Positions 1 through 12,852 of a stretch of DNA of 64,000 nt are shown here, piece by piece. The notes below the pieces were generated by a model, which was given only the letters and a program-made list of their open reading frames with translations, was not told the origin of the DNA and searched no databases. Origin of the DNA: Octopus vulgaris (Eukaryota); contig OX597823.1 in assembly GCA_951406725.2 (NCBI GenBank), forward strand, positions 34,410,001 to 34,474,000, read 5' to 3'. Every line of letters begins with the position of its first letter. Within the stretch, counting starts at the first letter, position 1. Made by a program: the position numbers and the translations under genes.

Positions 1-47
1 AACGATTCTGTCAACTCGCCGAACTTAAGAAAGGGTTATTATTAATT

Positions 48-352
48 GCAGTGAGCTGGCAGCATCATTTACACACAAGACAAAAAACTCAATAGCATTT
101 CGTCTGTCTTTATGTTCTGAGTTCAAATTATCATTAAGGTGGTGAGCTGGCAAAATTGTTAGCATGCAGAGCAAAATGCATAACAGCGTTTTGTCCATCC
201 TTTCATTCTGAGTTCAAATTCTGTCAAATTCGACTTTGCTTTTCATCCTTTTGGGGTCAATGAAATAAGAACCAGTTATGCACTGGGGTCAATGTAATTG
301 ATTAACCCCCTCTCCCCAAACTTCAGGCCTTGTGCTTATAGTAGAAAGGATT
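48..352 (+). mobile_element. tRNA-derived SINE (family B), partial head followed by a full copy
   Basis: A-box-like gagctggcaaaattg and B-box gagttcaaatt. Conserved central tttcatccttttggggtcaatgaaataagaaccag (resembles the Meta-SINE domain). Ends in (ATT)n/(GAT)n. Many copies in the window. Confidence 0.8.
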
Positions 353-364
353 ATTATTATTATT

Positions 365-424
<60 letters not shown>

Positions 425-1437
425 ATTATTATTATTACAACAGTCTCTTGGCAAATTTACCCTGGAAGTAATTTTCTCTGTAAATCATTCCATGAAGAAC
501 GGTCCTCTCTAACCATTATAACTCCCTTCTGCTTACTGCTTATTATCCACATTTTACTTTCTATTGAAACCGTTTCTGTAAACTGACACCAATTCTGCCT
601 TCCTTGAATGTCACTGTTTGCGTTTCATATGGAAAACAACAAATTATTGAATATTTTAACACTTAATGCTTTTCCTTGTTTACCAAAACGATTATGTAGT
701 GATTTCTCCAACACATGAATGAGATTGTATAACAACCATGCCACAAGGAAATGTATTCATTAAAATAAATGTTGGTACCGTGTTATTAACGATGATGGTA
801 TTTAGAGCACAGGGTGTGTGTAAACAACATTTAACACAAACTACAGAACTACACAATCTGTTTTTATTGGTCAAACAACAACAACATCTTCGGGGGTTGT
901 GTAAAATGTAAAAGGCAAATGTGAGCAATTAAGACATTTCAGTGGATTTTCTTTGGAAAGTTTCCTTGTGTTATATATGCTTATCAAACTGCATTTCCTG
1001 TCCAGTGGGTTATCTTCTAGGACAGCTATGGAGGCTTAAATTTGTAAATATAATAAATTCTCTAAATATAGCAAAGTAGAACTAAAGGAATTAAACAAGA
1101 TTATAAAGATTTTAATCTTTGCTGAATCCTTGACAGGGTTTCAATTTCTGGTTGAAGCTATTTTGATTCACTTATGTAAGAAATGTCCTTTGAAAGGATA
1201 TTTACATCACAACTTCCTATTTCTAGTAAAATGAAAATAAAAATCTCACTATTTGAACTTAGAAAAAAATAGGTTGAAAAAATAGGTTGTAAAAATAGGT
1301 TGAAATCAGAAATTACTATTGAAGTGTTTGGGTCTGAAATATGCTGGACTAAATGTGTTAGTTTATTTGATATGTTACCCCCTTATTCTAATTTCAAATC
1401 CAGTTAAGATCATCTTTACTTTTTACGTTTAAATGTT

Positions 1438-2870
1438 AGTCTTACTAGCTGCATCGCCAAACTGATGGAATCCTGTATCAGAGAAACCCTCTGGAACTTC
1501 TGGAAGTCTCACAGCTTCATCCAGCCGTCACAATTTGGATTTATTCCTAACTCCAGCTGCTGTAATCAACTCATCGAGTCTCTTGAGGACGTTACCCAAA
1601 TCACTGATAGCGGATCCTGGGTGGATGTTGTTTACCTGGACTTTGCTAAGGCTTTTAACTCTGTGCCACACAAAAGACTTATGGTGAAGCTCTCTGCATT
1701 GGGCGTAAGAGACAAACTCTATAACTGGTTGAAGTCCTTTATTTTTGGCTGAAAAGAGGTTGTCACAGTTCTAGGACAGCACTCTTTGCCCTATGAGATG
1801 ACATCAGGTGTACCACAGGGATCTGTTCTTGGCCCCCTTTTATTTGTTGCATATGTTAATGACATAGATGCCAACTTAAAGAATGCCACAGTGCTGAAAT
1901 ATGCAGATGACATCAAGCTGTACCTCGAAATAAAGATGTCAGATCCTGTACACTATAGATCTCTATTGCAAGCAGACCTGGACACAATGCAGCAGTGGAT
2001 CATGGACTGGCAACTCAAGCTGGCTGTGGACAAATGTACCACTATGCATTTTGGGAGGAGAAACCCAGCGTCCACCTACTCCCTCCACAACACTAGTCTC
2101 AAAAAGTCTTCATGTGAATGCGACCTGGGTGTTATTGTCGACAGTGATCTGTGTTGGACAAAGCACATCGCTAAAATTGTCAAGAAGGCTGAGGGTGTCT
2201 TGGCATCACTCACCAAATCCTTTGTGAGCTGCTCTCCGACTATCTATCTGCGGCTTTATATAGCTATGGTAAGACCTCACCTGGAATTTGCATCACCGGT
2301 CTGGAACCCCTATCTTGCCAAGGATATCAATTGTCTGGAAGCCATTCAGCGACGTGCAACCAAAAGAATACCCTCCATCAGGCATTTGCCATATTCTGAA
2401 TGCCTTATTTCCCTGGGCATGGACACATTGAAACTCCGACGTCTGGCAGCTGACTTGGCAGACACCCATAAAATTATCAACCATCGTACAAACAATAACT
2501 CTGAGCACCTTTTCAAACTCCACCCATCTAACACCTGTGGACATATTTACAAAGTCAGAAAACAGCACAGCTCCCATGACTTTAGGAAACGTTTTTTCAC
2601 GCTGAGAGTTGCTGAAGCATGGAACAAACTGCCGGCATCGGTTGTTAGTTGTCGGAGCACTGCATCCTTCAAGACTTCCATGCTTTCTGAGATTTGCCAA
2701 CACTACACTTGATTTTCTCCCCTCCATACACACACAAGCATGTATCTGACTCATGCATTGTTCGCTTTCCAGACATTTGTACATTACTGCATGTGCTTTA
2801 TATGCACTTTCTGACAAGTTGTGGTGCACCTGAGCACTGTATACAATAATTTCATTATATTATATTATGA
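1438..2870 (+). mobile_element. 5'-truncated CR1-clade LINE (RT pseudogene)
   Basis: ORFs 1465-1752 and 1786-2712 carry YLDFAKAF, SGVPQGSVLGPLLF, YADD and RPHLEFASPVWNP. In-frame TGA at 1750-1752. 3' UTR and ATT-rich tail shared with the copies at 39767 and 61279. Confidence 0.92.
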
Positions 2871-3030
2871 TAAGCAGTTGGTACTTAATTGACATGTGGG
2901 TCTTTGTAATGCATTATTACTCCTTCCCTTTGTCTGTCATCTCTTCAAAGGATATTCAGTAGTCAATATGCATGAATATCAAAGCAAAACACAGTTTTTG
3001 TTTAGTGTTTTACTCATTTTATTTTATAAG

Positions 3031-3170
3031 GGATTCCATATGAGAAATGAAGGTCTCTTTTTTTGATTCTCTAATGAACCTATCAGAGATAAAGGCCCAT
3101 ACATTGATTCTGTTCAGACCAAATTGGCAATAAAGTTCCACACATTGGCTCTCCCAGTTCCATAACAGAG
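3031..3170 (+). other. candidate non-coding (5' UTR) exon
   Basis: T-rich acceptor ...attttataag| and consensus donor GAG|GTAAGT at 3171. No open reading frame through it. Confidence 0.25.
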
Positions 3171-4019
3171 GTAAGTGCAGGCCACATGTTGATTGTCTTG
3201 GGACATATCAGAAGGGAAATCCAACATATTAACTTTCTTTACTTATGTTTGTGAATAAGGGCAACATTCAGAAGAATTCAAAATCTGAATATCATTTCAT
3301 TTATGAGGGTAAATTGCTTCACATGACTATCATGTATGAAAGCTTTCCAACATATTCTACTGTTGGATGCTGCTAAACACTTTGTCATTATTTAATGAAT
3401 CGATGATAAGTTTGTCTGCTGGTGCAATTCTTGGTTGTCAGGCATTTTGAACTCGACCCTGTAAGCTAACACAAATTAATAAATTCTTCAAAATTGTGAA
3501 TTTTTGCAAAAGTGATTTGTGTATATAATGAGAATTATTTGTCAATTCTGATCCCTTTGTCTCGTAATCAATTGTGTTCCAAGTGACCATCCTGCCTTAT
3601 ATTCAGATATAATGAATCCCAAATTACATCATCCTATTAATCCTTCATTTACAAAATAATAACAACATGATCTAACTGTTATTCAAGAGTTGGCTGCGAA
3701 GTCTTAAATATCTGGGTCATGGACAGAATAGGTTGAGAGCCAAATCTGAACAATTTGGAAAATAGAAGTCTGACAGAGACACCATATAAAGTATAGACAG
3801 TCTTATAGATACATTATATGGACTGTTTTATCCTTCTGAGGAAAACATACAGCATATATATATATATATATATATATAAAATACAGTGTACATTTAAACA
3901 CATTGAGAGGTTTCCATCATAGGAATCCTTTACGCTAGAAAGAACAGCTAAAGTCCAAACCACTAATTAGGGATAAATTCTCAAATGGAATGAAAAATAA
4001 AAACATTCACCATCTCTTT

Positions 4020-4088
4020 CCTGGACCATGGTTCCTGACTTATTTTAGTAAATAAAATAATTTACCAGTCGAAGTCTTCATCAACAGG
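4020..4088 (-). ncRNA. minimal type I hammerhead ribozyme-like motif (GAAA mutated to GGAA)
   Basis: Minus strand reads cctg-TTGATGA-a-gactt...aagtc-a-GGAA-ccatgg-TC-cagg: stem I, extended stem II and palindromic stem III. Confidence 0.65.
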
Positions 4089-4199
4089 GATGCCAAAGAT
4101 TAAATATATAAACAACAAGGCCAATCCAGCATGTGCCTCATTGCTTATACATTTTAATTTTTTTCAAATCCACCGTGCAAGCACAGTCTTTTTGGCATC

Positions 4200-4268
4200 C
4201 CTGTTGATGAAGACTTTGCCTGGTAAATTATTTTATTTACTAAAATAAGTCAGAAACCATGGCCCAAG
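4200..4268 (+). ncRNA. minimal type I hammerhead ribozyme-like motif (cleavage triplet mutated)
   Basis: cctg-TTGATGA-a-gactt...aagtc-a-GAAA-ccatgg-CC-caag. Its mutations differ from those in the left arm. Confidence 0.65.
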
Positions 4269-5227
4269 AAAGAGATGGTAAATGTTTTTATTTTTTATTC
4301 CCTTCGAGAATTTATTCCTAATTAGTGGTTTGAACTTTAGCTGTTCTTTCTAGCTTAAAGGATTCTTATGATGGAAACATCTTAATGTGTTTAAATGTAC
4401 ACTGTATTTTATATGAATAATATATAGTCTATTGACTAAATTTTCTATATGCTAGGCCATTGGTAGTAAAAATTTCTAAACTCTTTATTACCCTGATATT
4501 ATTATATATATATATGCGCATGGATATATGGGTACAGGATGTCACAACAATAAACAACATAAAATACGAAAACAAATGAGTTTAATATGCAAACAGTGAG
4601 AGGAACAAATGGAAAACAGGACAAGTAACATAAAGAACGACCTTTCATCAGTTGTAGGCTGTCTATCTACTCCTCATTTCAAGCACTGAACGACAATATG
4701 AGTCTTCGAAGTCAGTTGCTCCCATAAGTACCAAAATAAAATTTGGGATTTATAGAAAGTCAAAGTTGGAAACAAAAACAGGACAGTGGAGACATACAAG
4801 GAAACCAAACGAAAATATACATGGAGGGTCGTTAGACCAGAACGAGGGTAAAATAGTGAACGCTGGAGAAATATTTTCTTTGAAAAGAGAAAAGATAGAA
4901 GAAAGAGAGAGAGGGAAGATATGTGCTGTCCTTAGAACAATCCGGAAAGAAAAGAAAGATGATCACGTGAGGAAAAGAAAGATGGACGATGGTCACGTGT
5001 AAGCAACGATAGAGAGAAAAAGAGAAAGAAGGAGAGAGAGTGAGAGAACAGGAGAAAGAGAGAGAGAGAAAACGTGAAGGGGAGAAAAAAGGGAATTAGA
5101 GAAAGGATGAGAGAGATAACGATCTTTTGTGCCATTGTTGTTTTCAATAAGAAAGAACTAGGGAAATTTAATGAAAATGCTTCGCAAAACTGACAAACAA
5201 CAATAAAAATTCAGTGATATATTGATT

Positions 5228-5425
5228 TCAAATTTTGGTCCCCAGCCAGAAATTTCAGTGGAACAGGCAAGTCGATTATATCGGCCCAGAGTTTAAATGA
5301 TACTTATTTTATCGACCTGGAAATGATAAAAGACAAAGTCCCTCCGCGGAACTTGGACTCAGAACATAAAGACAGATTAAATGCGGCTAAACATTTTGGC
5401 CGGTGTGCTAACCAGTTCGCCACCT
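5228..5425 (-). mobile_element. SINE family B copy
   Basis: Reverse-complement similarity to 137-352. Confidence 0.7.
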
Positions 5426-6534
5426 TTCAGTGATATCATACTGAGATAATGGGAATATTTGATGGGAAATGTGTGTTACGGCAACGCTATTTGGCTAAAA
5501 TCTATTACGTTCTATCAGATCCAGATCGTTAATAATTCAATATTCTCAACGATCGAAATCGTTTCACGTGTTTTTCGACCTCTTGGATAGCCATATAGAC
5601 TTCCCAGAGTCCAATAAAGACATCATCAATTCCTAATGTAAGGGGTGCAAGGTAAATCCAATAAGAATTATCTTCCTTAGCTCATAGTAAATGCATGAAT
5701 TCTCTCCCTTACATCGAGCAACGGAAGAAATAATGTTTCCGTGTTGCTGTGTTGGAACGTTAAGCAATAAAATCTCAACGAAAATAGAAAGTAGATTATT
5801 AGTTACAAAAGAGTCGTGATTCAATGTTTTGTTAGAATCGTCGGTTGTATATTTTAGAGTGAAGTCAGTACAGCTACCCGTTCTTACATTACTTAGTTTC
5901 TTGATTTTAAAAAAATATCCGGGTATTTATGTCAAAATGACAAGTTATCAAAAACTGGACAGAACTTGAAATTGTGATCGATTGATAATCGATTCGATAC
6001 TAAATGCCGCTAAGCATTTTCCCCGGCGTAATGACAATTCTTCCAGCTCACCATCTTAGCATGCCTAGACATTAATAGCACTTCGTTATGGCTTTCAGCC
6101 ACAGACTGGTGAAGCAGTTTCGATTCTAGTTGGTTCTATTAAGAAGGTATAGATCAGTAATAAATGCTGCAAAACATATATCAGAACATTCCTTACACCA
6201 GTTCTTTGTAGATCATATTCTTTTCTTGGGGTAAAATATCAATAACAGCTAACAGTTCTCAAGGTAGTAGTGGAGATTATTGGTGTATAACGAAAGGTAT
6301 GGTTTTCAAAGTTGTTCTCTCCTGAGACTGAACCTTCAGTATTTTGCAGACATGATGATGATGATGATGATGATGATACCCTTTCAAGAAATATTCTTCA
6401 GCGGAAAAAATGTTAATTGAAGATTAGTTATGTATTTCATGGTTCTCTTGAAATTTCAAACAGTCTCAAAGCTTCCTAAACAACCATGAAATTTCTGTTG
6501 TGTTTTGTTGGTTGCTGTCTTTTGTAACTTTTAT

Positions 6535-6700
6535 CTTTTACTTGTTTCCAGTCATTAGACTGTGGCCATGCTGGGGCAAGTCAAACAAATTGACCCCGGG
6601 ATTTATTTTTAAGTCTGGTACTTGTTTTAGCGACCTCTTTTGCTAAGTTGTGTGGACATAAACAAACCAACACCAGCTGTCAAACAGTGGGATGGAGACA
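6535..6700 (-). mobile_element. SINE family A, 3' part
   Basis: ttttacttgtttccagtcattagactgtggccatgctgg matches the 3' end of family A. Confidence 0.7.
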
Positions 6701-6719
6701 AACACACACACACCACCAT

Positions 6720-6751
<32 letters not shown>

Positions 6752-6872
6752 TCATCATTGTTCTTATGATCACTTTTCCATTCTCACATAGAGCGAATAA
6801 AATTTGTTGAGAAAAGTAAAAGTTTGAACAAAGATGATTTTAAAAAGTAATCATTAATGACAAAAGTGGTAT

Positions 6873-7353
6873 TAAAGTGATAGTATGTTGTCAACTTAAT
6901 GTTACAGTCCCATGAAAGGGAAGAATGCTACTGTTATTTAGCCCTGGGAAACACCGTTTCCTGTTGGACTTGACACATTTCCTGTGTCCTTATGTTTTCA
7001 AAGTGGAGACAAGCACCTCCACTCAGCAAAGTCAGCATTCAGAGACTAGTTTCAGAGTCATTGCTCATTATCAGTCTGGAGTAGCATGGCTTGCTAGCAG
7101 TCGATGCCTATCCGCCTTTGAAACTACTCTCTGGATGCTAGCTTTGCTGTGTGGGGGTGCTTGTCTCCACTTTGAAAACAAAAGGAGACAGGAAATGTGT
7201 TAAGTCCAACAGGAAATGGTGTTTCCTAGGGCTAAATAACAGTAGCATTCTTCCCTTTCCTGGGCCTGCCACATTAAGTTGGCAATATACTATCACTTTA
7301 TCGTGCTGCTACTGCATAAATCTCTCTGAGAGATTTAGAAATATATTATTTCT
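6873..7353. mobile_element. foldback element 2 (~185-bp arms plus unpaired right tail)
   Basis: 6873-~7054 is inverted relative to 7119-7300. Tail at 7301-7353. A second copy of the arm and tail is at 26004-26180. Confidence 0.88.
7040..7078 (-). ncRNA. minimal type I hammerhead-like motif (core CUGAUAA)
   Basis: Minus strand reads caga-CTGATAA-t-gag caatga ctc-t-GAAA-ctag-TC-tctg. Confidence 0.7.
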
Positions 7354-7626
7354 AAAATCAGTATCAATACCAAAGGGTAACACTTATTCCCACTTAAAGG
7401 TGGATGTTGTGTTAGAACAAACTATACTGTGGTAGTTATCATGAGAGAAACTCTCAAATTGGGTTTTGGAGCATATAGCACTCTTGTTTATCTCAAAATA
7501 AAGCAAAATATACTTTTGAATTTTCAGGAAAATAGCACAACACTAACCACTGATTCACATATTTAGTTAAAAGCCTGAAATGTGATAATCTTCATATATA
7601 TAGCTTTGTTATTTTAAAATGCACAA

Positions 7627-7817
7627 AGGTGGGTGAAGTAGCAGAACTTTTACCAGGCTGGGGAAAATGCTTAGTGCCATTTCACCATTTTTATGCACTG
7701 AGCTCAAATTCTGCCAAGGTCAACTTTGTCTTTCATCCTTTTGGGGTCGATGCAATTGACTAGCCACCCACCACCCTCCTGCAAAATTTCAGACCTTATG
7801 CCTGTTATAGAAAGGAT
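7627..7817 (+). mobile_element. SINE family B copy
   Basis: Similar to 137-352. Confidence 0.7.
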
Positions 7818-8509
7818 TTTAAAATACACAGCGGGCAACAGTCTTGTTGTTGTGTCCAGTTTTTTGCCTTACACATAGAAACACAAACACACAAGTCAAT
7901 GTAATACGTGAGTGTGTCTGCATCAGTGTCTGATCTGTGTGTGTGTGTATCTGATGTGTGTGTGTGTGTGCATCATCATCATCATCATCATTGTCGTCAT
8001 CATTGTCGTCATTCAAAGTCTGTTTTTCCAGGTTGGCAGAGGTGTGTGTGCATGTGTCTGTGTCTGTATGTGTCTGTGTGTATAATTTCTCTCTCTTGCT
8101 CTCTTTCTCATCCTCCTCTTTCTCTCTGATTTGAAACAAAATTACTTCCGTAATTCTTCAAGAGAATAGAACACTCCCCTTACATTCCTCCTGTTTAGTC
8201 CTTTGATGCATGATTTATCTGCATAAGCCTCTGATTAACATCATAAACGTTGTGTGTGTATGTGTGTGTGTGTAGGTGCGTGTGTGTGTGCATGTGCGAA
8301 TGTGTATGTATGTGTTTGTGTGTGTGTCTCTCCCTATCTTTCTCTCTCTATCTCTCTCTCTCTATCAACTACATACATAGATATGTATGTATGTATGTAT
8401 GTATGTGTGTATGTATGTATGTGTGTATGTATGTATGTATGTATGTATGTATGTATGTATGTGTGTGTGTATCTATTTATCTATTTATCTAACTATCAAT
8501 CTATGTCTA

Positions 8510-8587
<78 letters not shown>

Positions 8588-8589
<2 letters not shown>

Positions 8590-9623
8590 ACTGATAGGAA
8601 TAAGCATATATGGTTTGTAATCCCCTTTGGTAAGCAGATTAGAACTAACCTCCCCCTCATGTTTAGACAAGCCATCGCCAATAACTTCCCCAGAAATTCC
8701 AAATATTACTCCACGGTTAACTCGCATAAAATTAGGATAGCTTTCTCCAACACTAAAAACCTCGCCCAGATAATCGCCTCCCATAATAATAGGCTACTTA
8801 CTAAGACCCTATCACCTTTTCCGGAGGCACAGCCTCTTCCGCTCCCGGTTTAATGCTCAGTAGGAATAATTATAGTAGTAATAATGATATGAGAGCCAGT
8901 ACAGTGACACATAATCTCAGCTCCAGCCAGGGAGTACCCACTAGGGGTATAGTTATAAATAGGGGTGTTGTGGTTGAAGGTAACAATGGGAATAGGGTAG
9001 AGAGCCCCAATAGCATCCCCAGCATCATTTCCCGCTATAGCAGCACCACGGGCAGTAGCAATGACAGCACTTTGATAGATAGTGGAGAATCAGGGGTTAT
9101 TCCTATAGTTAATAGTGACGTAGTGGAAAATAGAGTAGTAAGCGGCTGCAGGTCTCGGAACGAATATAGTGACAGGAACGCAGTTCTAATTTCAGAAACT
9201 AATCCTAGCAGAATTAGATTCACGTCGGCGAACTCCAAGATCAAAAACGCCGTCTACCAATGCAAGGTTTACACGGACTCAGATGTCTTCACTTATGTAG
9301 GGGCCTCATCCTCAAGATTGTCTTTGCGTGTCTCCAACCATTACGCAACTTTTCGGGACATGAACAAGCGCCAGACCATGGGACTCAGTAAGCTAATATG
9401 GCGACTGAAGGATACGAACTTAAGCTACAGGCTGGAATGGTCAATTTTGTCGGTGGTACTCCCATTTGATAGGGGCAGAAGGCAGTGCAACCTTTGTGTC
9501 TCCGAACTCTTCCATATTTTGTTTGCCAGAGGCCGGATGGTAAACGGGCTTTTACAGTCGGCTTTTGATGCCCCCATTGGCGGCGTTACACTTATCTGGC
9601 TTTTAAATAGCGTTTATAAATAA
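8588..9623 (+). pseudogene. Penelope-like ORF C-terminus: RT-EN linker and GIY-YIG endonuclease, frameshifted near 8850
   Basis: IWFVIPFGKQIRTN...NNFP...IRIAFSNTKNLAQIIASHNNRLL resembles the Neptune IIWFNPPF...SHN linker. AVYQCKV...TYVG...LRVSNH...LSKLIWRLK...WSIL...CNLCVSE is a GIY-YIG domain. Confidence 0.82.
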
Positions 9624-10200
9624 TACCGGCACCCATAGCCCTTGGTAACAAATTCTGAAATAGCCTTTAAGATATCTACGATTAACCACTGCAAGGGGAA
9701 TTACTCCTGTAAGACAAACGGGGCTTGGTTTTTTCACAGCGGGGGTTTCCTTGACAAGGCAGGCTTAGATGAACACACACACACATAAAACATGATATAT
9801 ATATATTTTTTTTTCTGCCACCCAACGGTTATCACGGCAGTAGCCACTGACAGCCGAACGATCAAATGCACACACGTACACAAAAAATGTTTTCTACCTC
9901 TACGCCAACACACACATATATAGAACAGTATACACACACACACGTCTCTAAGTAGATTTTTTCTCGCCCCTTATAAAACATCCAATATTCCTTAAATAGT
10001 CAGAACTTTATTCTCGGTCACAAAGAACATCTACGCACCCTCACCCACATGATTGACCGATGCCTGACCCGTTGAATTCTTCAGCCACCGGTTCTCAACA
10101 TACACTGATAAACAGTTTCGCCATGGGCTCTTACGAGCATAGTTCGATTTGTTTTTGCTCCGCCTCTGTTCTGTTTTTGTTTTTCCAACGGATTTCCTAT

Positions 10201-10289
10201 TTTCTTCCTGAAGAGAAAGACACAATATGGTCCCATTATTCCATCGGATTTTGGTAATTTGTGCCTTTCGAAACACGTGTAGAATGAAA
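10201..10289 (+). ncRNA. type I hammerhead ribozyme with canonical core in the PLE 3' region
   Basis: ttc-CTGAAGA(10208-10214)-gaaag acacaa...ttgtgc ctttc-GAAA(10270-10273)-cacgtg-TA-gaa. Predicted cleavage after GUA at 10281. Confidence 0.8.
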
Positions 10290-10749
10290 TAAAACGATTT
10301 CTGTTCAATCTGCGTTCAGCTCCATTTCTTCAATTCACCAATAATGTTCTAATTTCAATTATCCGCACCAACGCACGGTTGCAACACCATATGGTTGTAC
10401 CTCCAACCGTGCTGTTTTACTGCTGTGATTTTTGCTACTAAGGTATCGGTTAAACTTTTGATTAATCTACTACAAGATTATTCATCTTTCTATTTCACAT
10501 AATATATATATATATATATATATATATAGATAGATAGATACACACACACATACATAATACATACATACATACATGTGTGTGGGAGTATGTGTGTGTAAAT
10601 GTGTATGTGTATGTGCCTGTGCGAATGTGTATGTGTGTGTGTGTCTCTCTCTCTCTCTCTCTATATATATATACAGATAGATAACTAAATAGATTGATAG
10701 ACAGATAGATAGATACACACACACACACATTCACACATACACATACATA

Positions 10750-11170
10750 CTCTTTTACTCATTTCAGTCATTTCAGTCATTTGACTGTGGCCATGCTGGA
10801 TCATCAGCTTTAGTTGAGCAAATCGACCCCAGCTCTTATTCTTTGTAAGCCTAGTACTTATTCTATCAGTCTCATTTGCCAAACTGCTAAGTAACTGAGA
10901 CGTAAACACACCAGCATCGGTTGTCAAGTGACGTTGGGGGAACAAACGCAGATACACAATCATATACACACACACATACATACATACACACACCCACACA
11001 TATATATATACATATATACGACAGGCGTCTTTCAGTTTCCACTCACAAGGCTTTGATCGGCCCGAGGCTATAGTTGAAGACACTTGCCCAAGGTGCCACA
11101 CAGTGGGACTGAACCTGGAACCATGTGGTTCGTAAGCAAGCTACTTATTACACAGCCACTCCTACGCCTA
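10750..11170 (-). mobile_element. tRNA-derived SINE family A (CORE-like), full length
   Basis: Minus-strand head ggagtggctgtgtaataag...ggttcagtccc, CORE-like accttgggcaagtg, internal (CA)n and conserved 3' end. Confidence 0.85.
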
Positions 11171-11379
11171 TACATACATACATACATGTGTGTGTGGGAG
11201 TATGTATGTATAAATGCTTTGATTATTTCATCCTTCTTATATAAAGTAATGAAACAAACCCTGCTATTGCTACTGTTGTTGTTGTTGTTGTTCAGAAGAT
11301 ATTTCAAAAATATTACCTCTATATCATAAGAATTTATGTTTATGATTGAACAATAAATATTATAATAAGTAATTAACCA

Positions 11380-11561
11380 TCCGAACGTGACCGTAGCCAG
11401 TACCGCAATGACTGGCCTCCGTGCTGAGGGCACGTAACAAACACCATCCGAGCGTGGCCGTCCGCCACTGGCCTGGTGCAGCCTTCGGGCTTCCCAGACC
11501 CCAGTTGAACCGTCCAACCCATGCTAGCATGGAAAGCGGACGTTAAACGATGATGATGATG
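11380..11561 (+). mobile_element. RTE LINE 3' tail fragment
   Basis: ccaacccatgctagcatggaaagcggacgttaaac(gat)n matches the 3' end of the RTE at 19193-21460. Confidence 0.75.
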
Positions 11562-12073
11562 AATTAAATTATCATAATGAATTACTGTAATAAGAAATTA
11601 AAATAACAAATATAATAAAATAACAGCAACAAAACAGAAAGCCAACATATAAAATGGCTTTATAAGTGTTATTATAATGACCATCACTGCTGAAGAACTG
11701 TGTTGCTATATTGGTGTGTATGAGTGGCATCAAGAGTGTAGTGCCTGGTTATATAGAGGTGAGCGAATCACGACGCAATTATTGGTAGGATATACCCCCC
11801 ACATAGGTGGAAGTGTCACCTGAAGTATTTGCTCGTTGAGTGTGAATGTCGTCTTGGAAACTATCAGTTTAGACAGCATTTCTAATTGTCGCCTGGCTCT
11901 GAGCTGTGCGTGTGTGTGAGCGTGTCTGCGTATGTGTGTGCGTGCATGTGTGTGTCTATGTAAACAGGCGTAGACAAACACACTTTCAGGTATTAATGTG
12001 TGTGTGTGTGTGTGTATAAACACACGTGTATGTACACACTTACAGATACAGATATATATGTACATGTGTTTAT

Positions 12074-12153
<80 letters not shown>

Positions 12154-12852
12154 TACACACATGTACATGCACACATACACACACACACACACACACTCAT
12201 TCTGACACATTATATATAAACATAGACAAACACTGGAATCATCATATATATTCAATCATTCATATATCTATGTATTTATGAATGTAAATATACACACACC
12301 CTTATGTACATGCACACATTTATAAACACACAAACAGACAGACACACACACACACACACACACACATACACTGAAGCTGGTTATAAACTTTAGGAACGCA
12401 ACCACCAAGTCCAGTTCTTTAACACACTCACAATGTTTAAGGATTGAAAAGTTTCAATCCAGTCTTTCAATCTTTAACAATGTTTTCAGTCATAATCAGG
12501 TGAACCCCAGGGTTTACATGGAGTCAGTGATTGAAGACCAACTTAACTTTAACCACTTATATTACTCTCGACAGTAAATATGTTTGTAGTTGTAACAAAT
12601 TAATTATTCATTTTTATTAACTGTATGAAAACTTGATCACCCAGTGTTACATCACACAACAACTTGTCAACTTTCACTTTTCACTTCTTTTCTGTACTTT
12701 ATTTTCCTAACTGAATTGCTTCTAAACAAGGGCAGAGTAGGTTGATCCCAGCTGATTTACTCAAGGCATTGCACGTATTCAGAGAGGATTATTTAGCCAA
12801 GAAACAAGACCATCACCTACTGGTGGTAGTGATCATTCAGCTAACCCTTACC

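Larger units (their letters stand above)
3874..4414. mobile_element. foldback element 1 (~220-bp inverted arms) with a hammerhead motif in each arm
   Basis: 3874-4098 is the reverse complement of ~4191-4414. Begins in (TA)n. Confidence 0.88.
8588..10500 (+). mobile_element. 5'-truncated Penelope-like element (Neptune-type), flanked by (TA)n
   Basis: Linker and GIY-YIG coding relic followed by a 3' non-coding region containing a hammerhead. (TA)n at both ends. Confidence 0.8.

Noticed and set aside
4515-5120. Minus-strand CTGATGA (~4646-4652) in a repeat-like segment after (TA)n
   Set aside because: No properly placed GAAA or stem III could be read; possibly a PLE-related tail but unsupported.
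11814-11875. Hammerhead-like tgtc..CTGAAGT...GAAActatcagTT..gaca
   Set aside because: Core mismatch and no convincing stem II closing.
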